Of a stretch of 64,000 bases of DNA, positions 13,160-25,885 are shown in pieces; within the stretch, counting starts at the first letter, position 1; each line of letters starts with the position of its first letter. Both the position numbers and the translations under genes were made by a program. Location: the NCBI RefSeq assembly GCF_036321535.1, contig NC_087436.1:92134001-92198000 (forward strand), read 5' to 3'. A model generated the notes under the pieces. It was not told the DNA's origin. It ran no database searches and saw only the letters and a program-made list of their open reading frames with translations. The stretch is from Camelus dromedarius (Eukaryota).

Positions 13160-14226
13160 GTTTGTGCCAGGAATCTTTTGCTTTCTTCTCTGGGTTTTCT
13201 CCAACTCCTAGGTACAAGGCACTGGAGGAAGCCCACCCAGCTCTTAGGCATTATAGCCCAGAAGTGTGTGTGTGGATGGGATGCGGGGAGATACAGATCT
13301 CTCGGGGCAACTCTCACCAAGGGGTAAAAGTGCATACCTGCTGATCCTTGTCTCTGATGTGGACTCTGAAGGGTATTCTATGCAATCCTAAGAAGGCCCC
13401 AGCAGGATCCAGGATGGAAGTGATACAGGAAAATGGGGTGCAAGGAGATAGTCATGTCTCAGGCCCCAGGCAAGTCCCTGGGACGCGCCCAATCACACAA
13501 GGGACATTGGCTTCATGCAGGAAAGAACTCAGGAGTGACCCATAGTAGAGTGAAGGTAGATTTATTCAGAGAGATACATATTCCACAGACAGAGTGCAAG
13601 CCATCCAGAATGCCAGAGAGAGTGACAGAGGAGACACACATCCCATAGGCAGAATGCAGGCCTTCTCAAAAGGCAAGAGAAAAGCCATGAGGTGCAGGGT
13701 TGTCAGTTTCTATGAGCTCAGTTATTTCAAAAGCCAACAAATGGGAGGATTATTCCAACTACTTTGGGGAAGGGGCTGGGATTCCCAGGAACTGGACCAC
13801 CATCCACTTTTTGACCTTTTGCAACCAGCCTTGGAAACGTCACAGCGCCTGTAGGAATGCAGGAGTGCCATTTGCCACACTAATATATTACAGCGAGCGT
13901 ATAATGAAGCTCAAGGTCTACTGGAAGTCAAATCTCTTGCCATCTTGGACCTCAAGGCCTACTGAAGATTGAATTTTCTACCATCTTGGTGCTCACTGCT
14001 GTGTCATTCTCTTAATGGTTGTGCCCTGCCCTCTTCCCTCCTGTCTCAGTAGGAACCCTAGTCGCCCTTGACGGTGATCAGTGCATCTCTGTGTCAGCTT
14101 CGTCTCCTTCCCACCTCCTCATTCCTCCATCTCTCCCTCCTGCTCTGAGATGACCTTTCCAATAAACCACCTGCACACAGATCCTTACTTTACACTCTGA
14201 TTTTGAGAGGAACTCAGGCTCATATA
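13160..14226 (+). mobile_element. ERVL LTR16-like solo LTR interrupted by a younger LTR
   Basis: The 3' end ccaataaaccacctgcacacagatcctt...ctctgattttgagaggaactcaggct resembles an LTR16 terminus. Similar sequence flanks the 13421-14048 insert. Confidence 0.65.
13421..14048 (-). mobile_element. ERV1-type solo LTR (628 bp)
   Basis: The minus strand runs TGAGACAGG...CCTGTATCA (TG..CA, inverted termini). AATAAA lies at 13561-13566 on the minus strand. Flanks gaag/gtag form an imperfect 4-bp TSD. It has internal tandem duplications. Confidence 0.8.
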
Positions 14227-14990
14227 CCAGACTAAGAAGTTTTATTTTATATGTAAATACTACAGAGAACAATTGGTTTGCTTTTAGCAGGGGAGTAACA
14301 TGATTAGATTTCAGCTGTGTGTGAAAAGGAGCAGCCGAAGGCAAGCCTGGAGGCTGGAAGGCGAAATGGGAAGTGTTTCTTCATGTCTCCTGCCGCATAA
14401 ACTTACTGAGCAGTCCCCAGAAGTAAATGTGCTTTTTAATGAGAAAATAACAGTAATGACCTTAAAAAGTGGCTAACCAGATGGCACTTTCTGATTGCAT
14501 TTTCAGAAAAGGAAAATGTGCGGGGACTAGCTCTGACTCCAGGAAAAATTATTAATTAGAGTTCGGGGTTTTTTGGCTCTCTTGCACTTCACCTTTTCCC
14601 ACTTTGCTGTTCTTTTCAGGAACTTTGTAGTAGCCGTGATGTGCTTGTAAACTACATTCAGGGGAGGAAAAAAAGCACTAATTTGTAGCATTTGCTGATT
14701 TTCATGCTGGGAATACTCCCACCAGGGCCAATTTCAAACTGCCTTCGGTTTAACAATTGACTTGCAAATTTTATGAATATGTAACAATCCTCTCCCCACC
14801 CACCCCCCACCACTGCCGCTTCCCACAGGAAAGAACTCTTGCAACCAATCTCCTTTCTCTCTCTCCAAACAGAACTGCCTTTCACTGCTTTTCAACACAA
14901 TGCTTTAGTAAGAGATTTATTTTTGTTCCCTTCCCTACTCAGCACCATTCCTCCCCTGACTCCAGATAACATCGTTTTATGTTTACAGGG

Positions 14991-17153
14991 TGTAGTGGAT
15001 GCTGTGGGGTGAGTCCCCACCCCTCCCTTCCCTTCACCTGGCTGGTACCCTATCTCGGCTGTCATGAGTGGTGACTGCTAACTGTTCTCAGCTGCCTCGT
15101 CCTCTAGACAGAGAATGGGGGAAAGGACTGCATAGAACCACATACTGGTCTACCAGCATTAATAACTCATCTTAATAAGACCTGATGAGCAAGGAATACC
15201 AAGTACCTGGATGTAAGACACATCTGCTCCAGCGTGGGAGAAAAACCCTACAAAGGTCCAAGAATCTGCAACACCTGGAGAATGATTTAGGAGACTGGTG
15301 GTCTGGGGTATGCTGGAACTTCCTCTCAAAAGGAAAAGACAAGTTACTGTACTTTGCATCTTCGATCTCTAAGAAAGAAGCACAGTGCTGGGTGGACCTC
15401 TTTGGGTGTTAGAGGACTCACAACCATTTATCAAGTGGCACAGAAGGTTGCTAGGTTTAAAGTCAGCCTTACAAGAAAGAAGGGCTTTGCAACAGGCCGA
15501 GGCACAAATACCCTGAAGTGTGAGTCAAAATGATATGTCAAATCTCTGACCAGTCTCAACAGGAAAGACAGCACCAGCCCTTCGGGTTCTGGATCAAAAC
15601 CATGCTGTATGCAGGAGGAAATACACAGTATGTGAACAGTAGCTTCTGGCGTGGCCTGGGCCCTGGTGGAAACTGAGCACTTACCCTTCCAGGCCATCAG
15701 AACTCCTCTGCACGTACACTACTTCGTAGATGCTTACCGTTACATCCGCAAAGTCATAAGGTCAAGTAGGCCTAGCAGCAATTCATCCTGAACTAAAAGC
15801 GGTTTCCCTCAGCTCAGGCTCTAGCAGGTTCAGAGGGCTCAAGTAACGTACCTGAACAAGAAGAAGTACTGGCCCCACCATCTACTACATCATCCAGAAC
15901 CTGCCAGAGCTGTAGAGGAGCATCTTGAAAGCATGGATGATGCATCAGCTTGGAGATGACACCTTGTGGGAAGGGGCATCATTCTTCAAGGATGCCAGTT
16001 ATACCTTAAGCCCAGTGGACATTACAAGGTGCTGTACTGCCAATGTCTAGAAGTCATGGGTCCAAGAACCAGTGGGGAGATGTAAGCATGATCCCATTCA
16101 CCATCACTCCCAGTGATCCGCCGGGGGCGCTGGGTTTTCTTTCCCACAACTTAGGTACCGTTAGTCTAATTCCGTGGTCCCAGAAGGGAATACCTCCACC
16201 AAGCAGCACAGAAAGAGGCCCTCTTATACTTAGAGCTACATTGACATGTGGTCACCTTGGGCTTATCATGACAATAATCCAGCTGGCATAAGAAAGAGTT
16301 ACCACACTGGCTGGGGTAACTGACTGATTTTCACAAGGAGGCAAACTGCCACGACATATTAGGGGCAGATAAACATGTGTGGTACTCAGGTGCCTCTCCT
16401 GGTACTTATTTGGTTTTAAATGTAAATGGGCAAATACAACGACCACCACCTAAGGAGGCCATAGAGACCAGAGGCTCAGACTCCACAGGGACTGAGAGTT
16501 TGGGCCACCCAACCACTCAAGCCGCCTAGATGAATAGAAGTGCTAGCTAAGAGGAGGGGGCCTAAAATGGAAAGTAAAAGAGGGACAAAACAAATATCGG
16601 TTATCACTTTAAGATCAACCACAGGGTGGAGGCTAGAGTTTATCCCACTGACTGGGCTATGGCTGTGCCTGGAGGGAAGAAACTTCATGGGAGAAGTAAG
16701 TAAATCTGATCAGAGCAAGAGGTGGACTGTAATGGATGCTCCCAGACTCCCTTCACAATGCTGGTTGACCCACCCTCCAGCTGTTGTGAATATTGGCTTT
16801 TAAAAACTGACAGCTTCGCCCTTCTCTGGATAAATGTCTCAGCAGAACGGATGATCCCTTAACACATGCACACAGACATACACACATACGTAGACAAGCC
16901 AACAGCCAACAGACTAACACAGGCATGAAAAATGCCAGCCCTTTCCCACAAGATGGGAGCAAATTTGTACTGTACAATTTGTATTCCGAGTATTCAGGCT
17001 GAAGTTACTCTCTAGCCAAGATCACTTCTTTGCTTAGCTTTCTTTCCGCCCTAAGCTCCTTCACTTCCTTTCTTCTGAGAGTCCTCCAGCAATAAATCAC
17101 TTTTCCCAAGAACCCAATCTCAGCTTCTGCTTCTAGGGGACTCAACTTTAAAA
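14991..17153 (+). mobile_element. Internally deleted ERVL (HERV16/LTR16-like) provirus: partial 5' LTR, degraded pol fragments, 3' LTR 16728-17153
   Basis: Both LTRs start tgtaRtggatgct (14991, 16728). A purine-rich gagcaagaggtggac precedes the 3' LTR. Pol-like peptides KKEAQCWVDLFG, GFWIKTM and WALVETEH are present. AATAAA lies at about 17091. Confidence 0.8.
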
Positions 17154-18167
17154 AGGAGATCTCTGGAGTAGCAAAGCAGGAAAAACAATGGAAAAAAATT
17201 CAGATGGCAGATCAAAATGAAGGCCAATATATTGGAGACAATACTTCTTTATTGTCCTTTAACCATACTGGGATGCTGTCAGCTTAAATCATGCAAAATA
17301 AATTAATATCCACCTTGCAAATTTGCTGTGAGGATTGAGAAACAGTATTGTAAGGAAGGTACCTACGATAATTTCTGTCACGTGTAGGTATTCAAAAAGG
17401 ATTTCTCTCATGACGAATACTAACAGTATTCTCTTAACTAATATTTTTAAGGCTAGTTTGTCACCAGCGGAATCAAGAAGGCTGGAGCAGCACTGCTAAG
17501 AGGCTTGCTGAGCGGGTTTCCCTGCTCTGCGCACGGGGAGCGGCTTTACCACTGTCCTCCGCAAGTGGGAGGGGAGTTCCCCCTCACTGCCTGCAGAGCC
17601 CCGAGGGGACTGGCTTCCGAGGCAGGAGGAGCTGTGGGAATAATTACTGGACTGCAGTCTCTGTGCTTTGCATTTGGTCTGTTTTTGATTTAACACAGGC
17701 AAGCAAGAGGGAAAAAATAAAGCAACATGCACTGTTTGGAGGAAGTTCTTTTCTGTTTTAGATTGCTCAGCTTAGGTCAAGTGTGGCATGCACCTTTTTC
17801 AAATTACACAATTAGAGATGTCATAATTAATATACTTTACACACTGATTGCTATTACTTTACCATCCCTAATGTCATTTGAGGTTTCTGAAGTTCTAGTG
17901 TTAGAATAATGAAAGCCATCCAGTAAAAAGCTCTAGGGCTGAAAAAATATAGATGGCAGCCAGAAATCAAAAGGAATGAATACTGAAAAAAAAAAAAGTT
18001 AAGAAGAAATGAACCCAGAAGGACAGACGGAAAAAAAAATATCAGGCAAAGTAAATGTACACAGATTATACAGCAAGATCACTATTCATAGCATATGCTT
18101 TTGTAAGGTCCAATGTGAGTCAAACTGCATAAAATAGAAATTAAGTCATATCAAAGTTCTTGGCTAC

Positions 18168-18625
18168 TGGTGTGGCAGGCAGGGCTGCTTGCTTACCCAG
18201 AAGCTGTTTCCAACCCTGTGCTCCAAGCCCTCCTCTGCCACAGGCAATGCCATGTACCTACATTCCCAGCCTCCTACTATAGCAAGCAGAGGCCAGAAGA
18301 TGCAATTCTGGCCAATGAAATTTAAGAGAATGCCCCTGGGAAGTTTCTGGAATTTTCTTTGCTTGTCTGGCAGAACAGACAAACCCGCTTTCTGTTTTGA
18401 CTCTGGCCTGGCAGCCATCTTAAGTCCACAAGGAAACATCTCAAACAAGCCAAAGATGACAGCGCAGAACAACGGGAACTAGGTTCTCTATCACATTATC
18501 AAGCCCGCAAGCCACGTCAGCAACAGCCTCTTCTGAACGTCTTCTGAACTGATGATAATACGTGTCTGTATTTTAAGCCATGTCCAGTAGTCACCCTGTG
18601 GGTTACAGCAGAGCACATCCCATAG
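18168..18625 (+). mobile_element. Ancient MaLR/ERVL LTR (MLT1/LTR33-like)
   Basis: cattcccagcctcc...caattctggccaatgaaatttaag and a ttttaagcca...gttacagcagagcacatcc terminus. Confidence 0.6.
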
Positions 18626-18639
18626 AGATACAAACAGTT

Positions 18640-19093
18640 CCCTCGGTTAGTCTTGAAAGGCGTAACAAGTCAGTCCAGACTGTGGCTAAAGGAGACGGAG
18701 GCCACCTCGGCCCGGAAGGAGCAGGCCAGGCTTCCAGGATGGCAGGTGTGGTAGAGAAGCTCCGGCACAAGGTGCGTGGTGGGGCGGGCCGGGCTCACAG
18801 CTACAGAGCCAAGCGCAGAGAGCCAGGCTGGCGAATGTGGGGCCCAGCAGCCACGGGAAGTTAAAACCAGAGAATCCAAGACAAAGGCCCAGGCAGGGGC
18901 CGGAGCCAAGACAGGATCTGGGACAGAGGAACTGGCCACAGGAAAACAGGTTTGTGCAGCAGAGGATAAGCCAGATTTAGAGGCAGCAGCTGAGACTTTC
19001 CGAAGGGAAAGGAGTGCTGCCAACAACGCCTGCGGTGCCACGATGCCTTTTCAGGAGGGGCCCGGGCAGGACCAGACAGGCCTAGTTGTAACA
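18640..19093 (-). mobile_element. Possible ancient LTR remnant (GC-rich)
   Basis: GC-rich block ending in tgtaaca (TGTTACA start on the minus strand). It shares short motifs with 49250-49987. Family uncertain. Confidence 0.35.
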
Positions 19094-19324
19094 GATATTA
19101 CATGAGGCCATCAGGGTCTCTTTAAGTGGGTCGGATGTCCTGCCCCTGCCCCCTTGTAAGCTCCTGCACATTCACCGTATTTTACAGGAGCTATGAGTTT
19201 ATCTTCCTCGCGAGAAGGAATTTAGTTCCTCTGCAGACAGAAATCATGCCTTATTCCTCTGTGTGCCCTCACTGCCTAGCAGAGTACTTAGCAATGATTG
19301 ATTCGGTCTGTTTGGGGGATGGAT

Positions 19325-19560
19325 AATAAAAATAAGAACAGTTTTACTGAGCACTTGCAGGCTGTCAGGCATTGTCGAAAATGTTTTATACATGAGTTCA
19401 TTTATTTCACAGGAAGTAGTCTCTAGGTTATCCGCAAATTACTGATGAAGAAACCAGGGTTTACAAATGCTAAGTAAATTTCCCTAGAACGCCCACCCAG
19501 GATTTTCAGGCTCTGCATCAGAAACCAGGTCATCTCCCTCCAGAGAATAGTTCTCTTACC
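19325..19560 (-). mobile_element. MIR remnant
   Basis: tttactgagcacttgc...caggcattgt...ttactgatgaagaaacc...taagtaaatttccc. Confidence 0.6.
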
Positions 19561-21129
19561 CATAAACGGAGGGAAAGAGAACACAAAAATCATTTACGAT
19601 CCTACTAGAGGATGATGGCAAATGTCTCCTCTCTTTCTCACAAAGACAAGTGAGGCTTTGATTCTTAGAAACTTGGGTCTTTTCCTGCTCTGGGAATAAC
19701 TGATAGAGCTATGCTTTCAACAGCCTGGACATAAAAATGATGGAGTTGGGTAGTTCCAGAATTTGAAGTAGTAAAAGTTGAGCTTCCTGACAGAGGACTT
19801 ACGTGAAGGGCCCTGAGAGCTGCCTGGAGCAGCAGTGCAGTGTCACGGGACTGATGGGGCCACATGAAGACGGATCCCCCAGGATCCGTGGACCAGGACC
19901 ATCTCGAGGTCTTCCGGCCCCTTGAAAACCTGGGTATCCCACAGATCACAATGCGTGGGGAAAGGGGTCCCAGTGATGACTTAGATAAAATTTCCTGTCC
20001 ACCCCTACAAATAAAAACCAAGAGTCACTTTTAATCTGATGTGGAAAAATCAAGTCAAACGATGCTCCCGACGGTGGTCAGTTGTGCCTCATTTATACAT
20101 AAACTCCAACAGCAGGAGGGGAAGGGACGGAGACAGGGAGGGATGCTGTGCAGGCAAAGCAGGCATCTACCTAGTTCCCGACACAGGCTTTGCGTCAGTT
20201 CAGTCCTCAGAAGCTTCCACCACCAGGCCTCTTCTTGAGGGTATAGTTTCATCTCTAGGAATCCTTCACAAAAATATTAAAAAAACACACACTCCCTGAG
20301 AAAACCAACTGGTAACTGAGTTACCAAGGCAGGCAGCACTGGCCTTGCAGGATGTGAAAGTAAGCAGAAACTAACCAGAAACTAAAACAATGGGAAAAAA
20401 ATACATATGAAAAGGGAAATTCCACAATCACAAGAGTCCTGACAACTATGATTAAGAGAATCTACGACACTGTGTCCCAAAATTCCATTATTTAGCTTTC
20501 TGTGTGGTCAGAAAGAGAGGAACCCTCAGTAAAGGACGGTTGGTTTATTTGTGTTGTCCTTGTAATAGATTTCTTAATACTTTTTTTTTAACTGAAAAAA
20601 ATGTGCATAACTGTATGCACTAGACCTGCAGGTAAAACCACCAGACACTCAAGAGAGGGAAATCTCCAGCCTTTGGGCTCCTGCTGCTGAATTTGAATTG
20701 TGCTTGAAGCCTCATGAGTCTCGAAGCCCAGTACTGCTGAGTGTTATTAATTCAGTTGACCCAACATACAATGCTGCATCGTGACTACAAGCTATTTGCT
20801 TCCCGGAGATGGTAGTTATTGCCCTCAGGTGGCAGGAATTAGAATTCATGACCTCTCTGGGACACATGACTCCCTTCCTGATAAACAGTTTCTGGCACTG
20901 TAAGAGTAATACACAAGGATCCTTCTTAAAGAACCTAATAAGGGGAAACCCGTGGCATCCTCTGAGGCTGGCAGTCTGTGTCACAACCACTTATCTGTCA
21001 TTTGTCTCCCTCCTCTTTCAATGCTAGAATAAGACCAATGGTTTAACTTTATTGGTTTGTAATGCTTACGAAAATACACTTGCTACTGCATTAGGGATGT
21101 TTAATTTTCTTTAAATTTATTTCTCTAAT

Positions 21130-21960
21130 CTTGATATTATTCCATACAGATAATTTGCCATGATCAAAACTGTTCTGCTGACTCAATAAGGTACTAAAGT
21201 ACAGTGAGATACAAGACCAGAGTCCAAAAGGATTTTAACAGCCTGGAATAACACAATAAAATTAAATTTTGTTGAATGTGGAGCCCAGTACCTACACTCA
21301 GAAAGGAAACTAACAAAACAGTATTATATTAAATGAAAAACAGATGTTTTATGGAACATGTTACATCAGTCAACATGCCAACATCACAACAGTGTGATGT
21401 AGGACATAGAAGGGGAAGGGCAGGGAGGGATAGATTAGGAATTTGGGATTAACAGATACACATTACTATATATAAAATTGATAAACAACAAGGACCTATT
21501 GTATAGTACAGGGAACTATATTCAATTTCTTGCAATGAGCCATAATGGAAAAGAAACTGAAAATATATGTATGTACAAAAATGTATACATATATATATGT
21601 GTATGTATAACTGAATTGCTTTGCTGTACACCTGAAACTAACATTGTAAGTCAACTACACTTCAATAAAAATAAGAATTAAAAAAAAAAAAACAACAATA
21701 GTGTGATATAGACACCCAAAATGTTAATTTAATCTTAAATTACATTCATAGAAGTGGATGGCAGATGGTCTTCACTTGCTCCCAGTAGATCAGTTTCGGT
21801 AGATTCAATATCCATAGAATGGGGAGAAGGCTTGAAACCTTGTCCTGACAATGACCCTAAATCTCATGTGCCTAGGAATCCCCACCGAAGGCTAGATAAT
21901 ACCTTGGCAGTAACACTGTAGAGAAAATTCAGGCATCTGATAAGAGGCTGGACACTACTT
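21130..21960 (+). mobile_element. L3/CR1 LINE remnant interrupted by an L1 3' end
   Basis: aatttgccatgatcaaaactg, agagtccaaaaggattttaacagcctggaa and caacagtgtgatgtag...aatttaatctta resemble the CR1 RT C-terminal region. Confidence 0.55.
21403..21694 (+). mobile_element. Young L1 3' end, 5'-truncated
   Basis: Similar to the L1 3' UTR at 61380-61630, with AATAAA and poly-A. TSD acaaYagtgtgatRtag at 21386-21402 and 21695-21711. Confidence 0.9.
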
Positions 21961-22060
21961 GCTCAGCAGATCAGAGCCCAGTCTTTGAAGTTAAACGTTC
22001 TGGTAGTTACATCACCTACCATCCTGTGACTTTGAGCAAACTGCTCAGTATCTGCGAGGT

Positions 22061-22477
22061 TGAGCCAGTTTGCTTCTGCAGTTAAACAGACCACCCACAC
22101 TGAGTGGAATACAACCTTAAGCATTTACTGCCCACTCATGAGTCTGAGGGGCTGCTAACGGTCTAGGATCTAGGCTAAGCTATGCAGGGCTTGGGTCCAG
22201 GTCTGTTCTCTGTGTCTCTCATTCTTCTGGGACCAGCCAGCCTCCTGCAGCATGTCCTTCTTTTGGTGATGGAAGGAGTACAAGAGGGCAAACCCAAACA
22301 GGCAATTCACACATTTCAAGCTTCTGCACATGCTACATCTATTACCATCCCATTGTCCAGTGGGAGTCAGGCGGCCAAGACTAAAGTCAAAGGCTGTAAA
22401 GGCACACTCCATGCAAAAGTGTGTCCGTGCGCTACCAGGGCATGGAGATAACAGAGCCAATGATTTAATCTACCACA
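22061..22477 (-). mobile_element. MaLR LTR (MLT1-type)
   Basis: Ends in aatctaccaca (TGTGGTAGA start on the minus strand). Contains the motif catcccattgtccag...gccaagactaaagtcaa. Confidence 0.7.
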
Positions 22478-22525
22478 AACTCCTAGTCTTCTCGTAGACA
22501 AAATAGGCTCACCGCACCTACCAGG

Positions 22526-22988
22526 TGTAGGAGACAGACTGAGTCACCTCAAAATGGCCATGCCCCAATCCCACAACCTGTGAATATGTTACCTTAAACG
22601 GCAAAAGAGATTTTGCAGAAGCAATTTTGTTAAGGATCTCGAGATAGAAAGATTGGCCTGGATTACTCAGGTGAGCCCGGTGTAATCACAAATATCTTTA
22701 AAAGAGAAAAAGGAGGTGAGGGAGTTAGAAAAGGAGATGTAACAACGGAAGCAGAGGTCAGAGTGATGTGAACCCTCGAGCCAAGGAATGTGCAGCCTCC
22801 AGACGCTGCAAACGGCAAGGAATGGACTCTTCCCTACAGCGTCCAGGAGGAACACAGCCCTGCTGAAGCCTTGATTTTTGCCAGATTTCGGACATGTGAC
22901 CTCTAGAACTATAAAGTGATAGATCTGTGTTGTTTTAAGCCACTAAGTTTGTGGCATTTTGATTCAACAGCAATAGGAAACTAACACA
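22526..22988 (+). mobile_element. MaLR LTR, MLT1D-like
   Basis: tgtagg...aacctgtgaatatgttacctta...ggcaaaagagattttgcag...tgttgttttaagccactaagtttgtgg...cagcaataggaaactaacaca. Confidence 0.88.
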
Positions 22989-23620
22989 CGACGTGAGTAA
23001 CTATCATCATTCAGTCCTTCCTAAACACGGATACTGCAGGCTTTATTTTTCACATAAACAGCATGATTGATCTGGATGCCAAAGGCCCTGCTTTTTGTTT
23101 CGAGGGGAAATCAGGAGTCCTGTGTCAGGGAGAAGGGGAGTGTTTATTTGGGACAGTTTGGAAGGAGTTCAGCAGAATCTCGGGACATGAGAGAGCATCA
23201 CTTCAGCATGAGCTGTGTGTGCTGGTGGCTGTCAAAAGAAGGTGCTCCCGAGACGGCCATGAGGGGCAGGTGACCCTGGCTCCCCACCAAAGGCGCTGCG
23301 CAGGTAAGGACAGCTCTCTGCCAGCGTGGGCTGCTTCTGGGGCCCTCGAAGCAGGGTTGCCCACAGCTTCTTCACACAGACCTAGTTCTAATCCATGAAG
23401 CCCCTCCCCATCTCTAGACCCACCGATTTCCTCTACGGTCATAGCCCATCCACCTCCTGTCCCCTTCCTAAGGTGACCCTCACTGAGTTTCCACTGGTTT
23501 GGGACTCTGACTTCCTTCCTATTCTCTTTCTGCTGACCTGGTGGTGCATAATTCCGCAGCCCCTTCTCTGCTCACGAAGACTGTACCTCCTGCAAATCAA
23601 TACCTTGGCTTTCACGACTC

Positions 23621-23690
23621 CACCCACCTCTACCCACCTCTACCCACCTCTATCCACTTCTATCCACCGACTCTACCATCTGTCCACCCA
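23621..23690 (+). repeat. Degenerate 10-bp tandem repeat (TACCCACCTC)n, about 5-7 copies
   Basis: cacccacctc tacccacctc tacccacctc tatccacttc tatccacc... Confidence 0.85.
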
Positions 23691-25464
23691 AACCAGTCAA
23701 GCTTTCGGAAATTTCACATAATGAAGATCTGTAATTCCATATCATTAGTTCCATAAAAGATACATAAAGAAGCAACTTAATGCTTTCATGGCCTAATTTT
23801 GTTGTTTAGGAATCAATAAAATAAGGAATACTCCTATAATTTGGTCGATTAACTGTGTGGGAGAGCTACATGGACAAAATGTACATCTGCTTCTTCCCTC
23901 TTCATGGTAGGTTCTAAGACATAAATAATTTGTCCGCAATTAGGTGAGATGACAAATTATTAGAAAAATAAAATTTAGCAGAGAGATCCAAATTCTTAGT
24001 TGAATAGACGTGTGCACATGCATACAATTCCCTTAACCAAACATTTCTGTATGGTATTTTATTCTGTGCATAATGTTAAAAATTCCTTCCAGGCAATAGT
24101 GATTGAGGGATTGATATATTTATATAGTGTCAACTAATAGACAATTAAATGTTTATATGGCTTTTATACAACATTCAAATACTGGGTTTCAGAGATGATA
24201 GTGGAATGTCTGCAAGCATGAGTAGGCCACCCAGAGGATGTTTGTCTAGTCCTGCTCTTATATTGCTTTTATAAAGCTTGGAAACATCAGGTGCTAATTC
24301 CCTAATTACGTGGTAAGCATGGGCTGCAGTAAGAGCTCATTAAGCAGTTTCGAGTCATCTTGCGGGATCTGTGGGTTTGCTCAGCATGTTGTTCTGAAGT
24401 CAGAATCCAGACAAATTCATGGGATTAGTCTTCAAGCAGTTGAAACCAAGCTTCTACAAATTAAAATGTCATGATCATACAAGGATTCTGATAAATAGAG
24501 GAGAATGAGACATATTCCAATTTAGAGATTCATTGAACTAAAGAGAGAAAACTTTAATAAGATTCACGGGACTTGATTGGATAAGTCAGTGCTCACAGTC
24601 AGAGCCACCATTACTGACTTCTGGAGACTTGCAGTGTCAAGATAAGGTTCATTAATTATATAGATTACCCTTCAGATCTTGGGCCTAGAGACAGAAATAA
24701 ATTAGATGGAAAGCAAGAGAAAGAAGAGATTAGATCCCTATCTAATATAATGATGGTCTAACAAGAGAAAGACTAAACTGAGGAAAATATAAGCATTGGA
24801 GAAATGGAGACTGGGTGGCAGAGGCAATGATTGGCCAACAAGAAAACAAGGAGGGAGAATCCTCTGGAGACGGAAACAGAGTCCAAGTTCAGTGTTACAT
24901 TTGAATTCTTCCAGGAATCACTTTACACAGCCATTCACAATACACTGCTGAATATTCCATGATAGCAGGAATATTGGGTTTTAGTCCTCATCTTAGCTAG
25001 CATAATGCCTGCTCCAGAGTAGATACGCAGTAAACGGTTATTGAACAAATGATTGGATGAATATTGAAGATAACTCACCACAGAAAGACTTGAATGGAGC
25101 AAGCTACCACCATGCAAACTCTGTTCCTATCCAGTATAGGAAATCTCCAAACCCAAAAGAGCAGGGACGGAAGAAAATAATCACTGTCAATGAGAGTGTC
25201 ATTCAATTCGTAAAGTCTGAGTAAGAACATTTCTTGGGGTCCTGATTACTATCACTGTTAAATGCTGTGAGAAGGAGTAGCAAAGGGATGGTATGTGGAA
25301 GGTGGTCACAGTACTCAAACAATTTACAACAATTCTTTAATTGCACCCAAGTAATATATCAGTAGTACCAACTCATTTTTGGTGCTTTTTTCTGCTTCTT
25401 GAGTGATGTCATCTAATTTCTCAATGTAGATTCTTGCATCATTCAAAATTGTTATCAAAACTAT

Positions 25465-25598
25465 GCTCACAGCGAAAAAAAAAGTGACAATGAATATATG
25501 TATGTTCGTGTATAACTGAAAATTTGTGCTCTACACTGAAATTTGACACAACATTGTAAAATGACTATAACGCAATAAAAAAATGTAAAAAAAAAAAA
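25465..25598 (+). mobile_element. Very short young L1 3' end with poly-A
   Basis: gtgacaatgaatatatgtatgttc...ttgacacaacattgtaaaatgactataacgcaataaa followed by an A tract. Confidence 0.85.
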
Positions 25599-25769
25599 AT
25601 CCTAGAGTTTCTTGCCTACTGATAGCTAAAAAGGCAATTATTTCCATTAGTAGATGCTTGTTTTGACAGCATATTACATGAGAATTTCCCTGGATAAATG
25701 ATATTTTAAATCCTACAACTTAATGTTTCATATAGAGAAAAGAAGCACAAGTTGTGACTAATTGATTAA

Positions 25770-25885
25770 TAATGAATGATACCACCTTATAGAGTTGCTC
25801 GGAGGATTACACATGTCAATGCACATAAATAATGAGAGCAGTGCCTGGTGTTCCGGAAGTACTTAATCAATGTTTACTATTGTTG
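25770..25885 (+). mobile_element. MIR 3' remnant followed by (TTG)n
   Basis: accaccttatagagttgctcggaggatta...cagtgcctgg...caatgtttactatt. Confidence 0.65.

Noticed and set aside
18580..19105. Overlapping 94-123 aa ORFs as a novel gene
   Set aside because: GC-rich sequence is open in several frames on both strands. There is no recognisable domain and it is probably LTR-derived.
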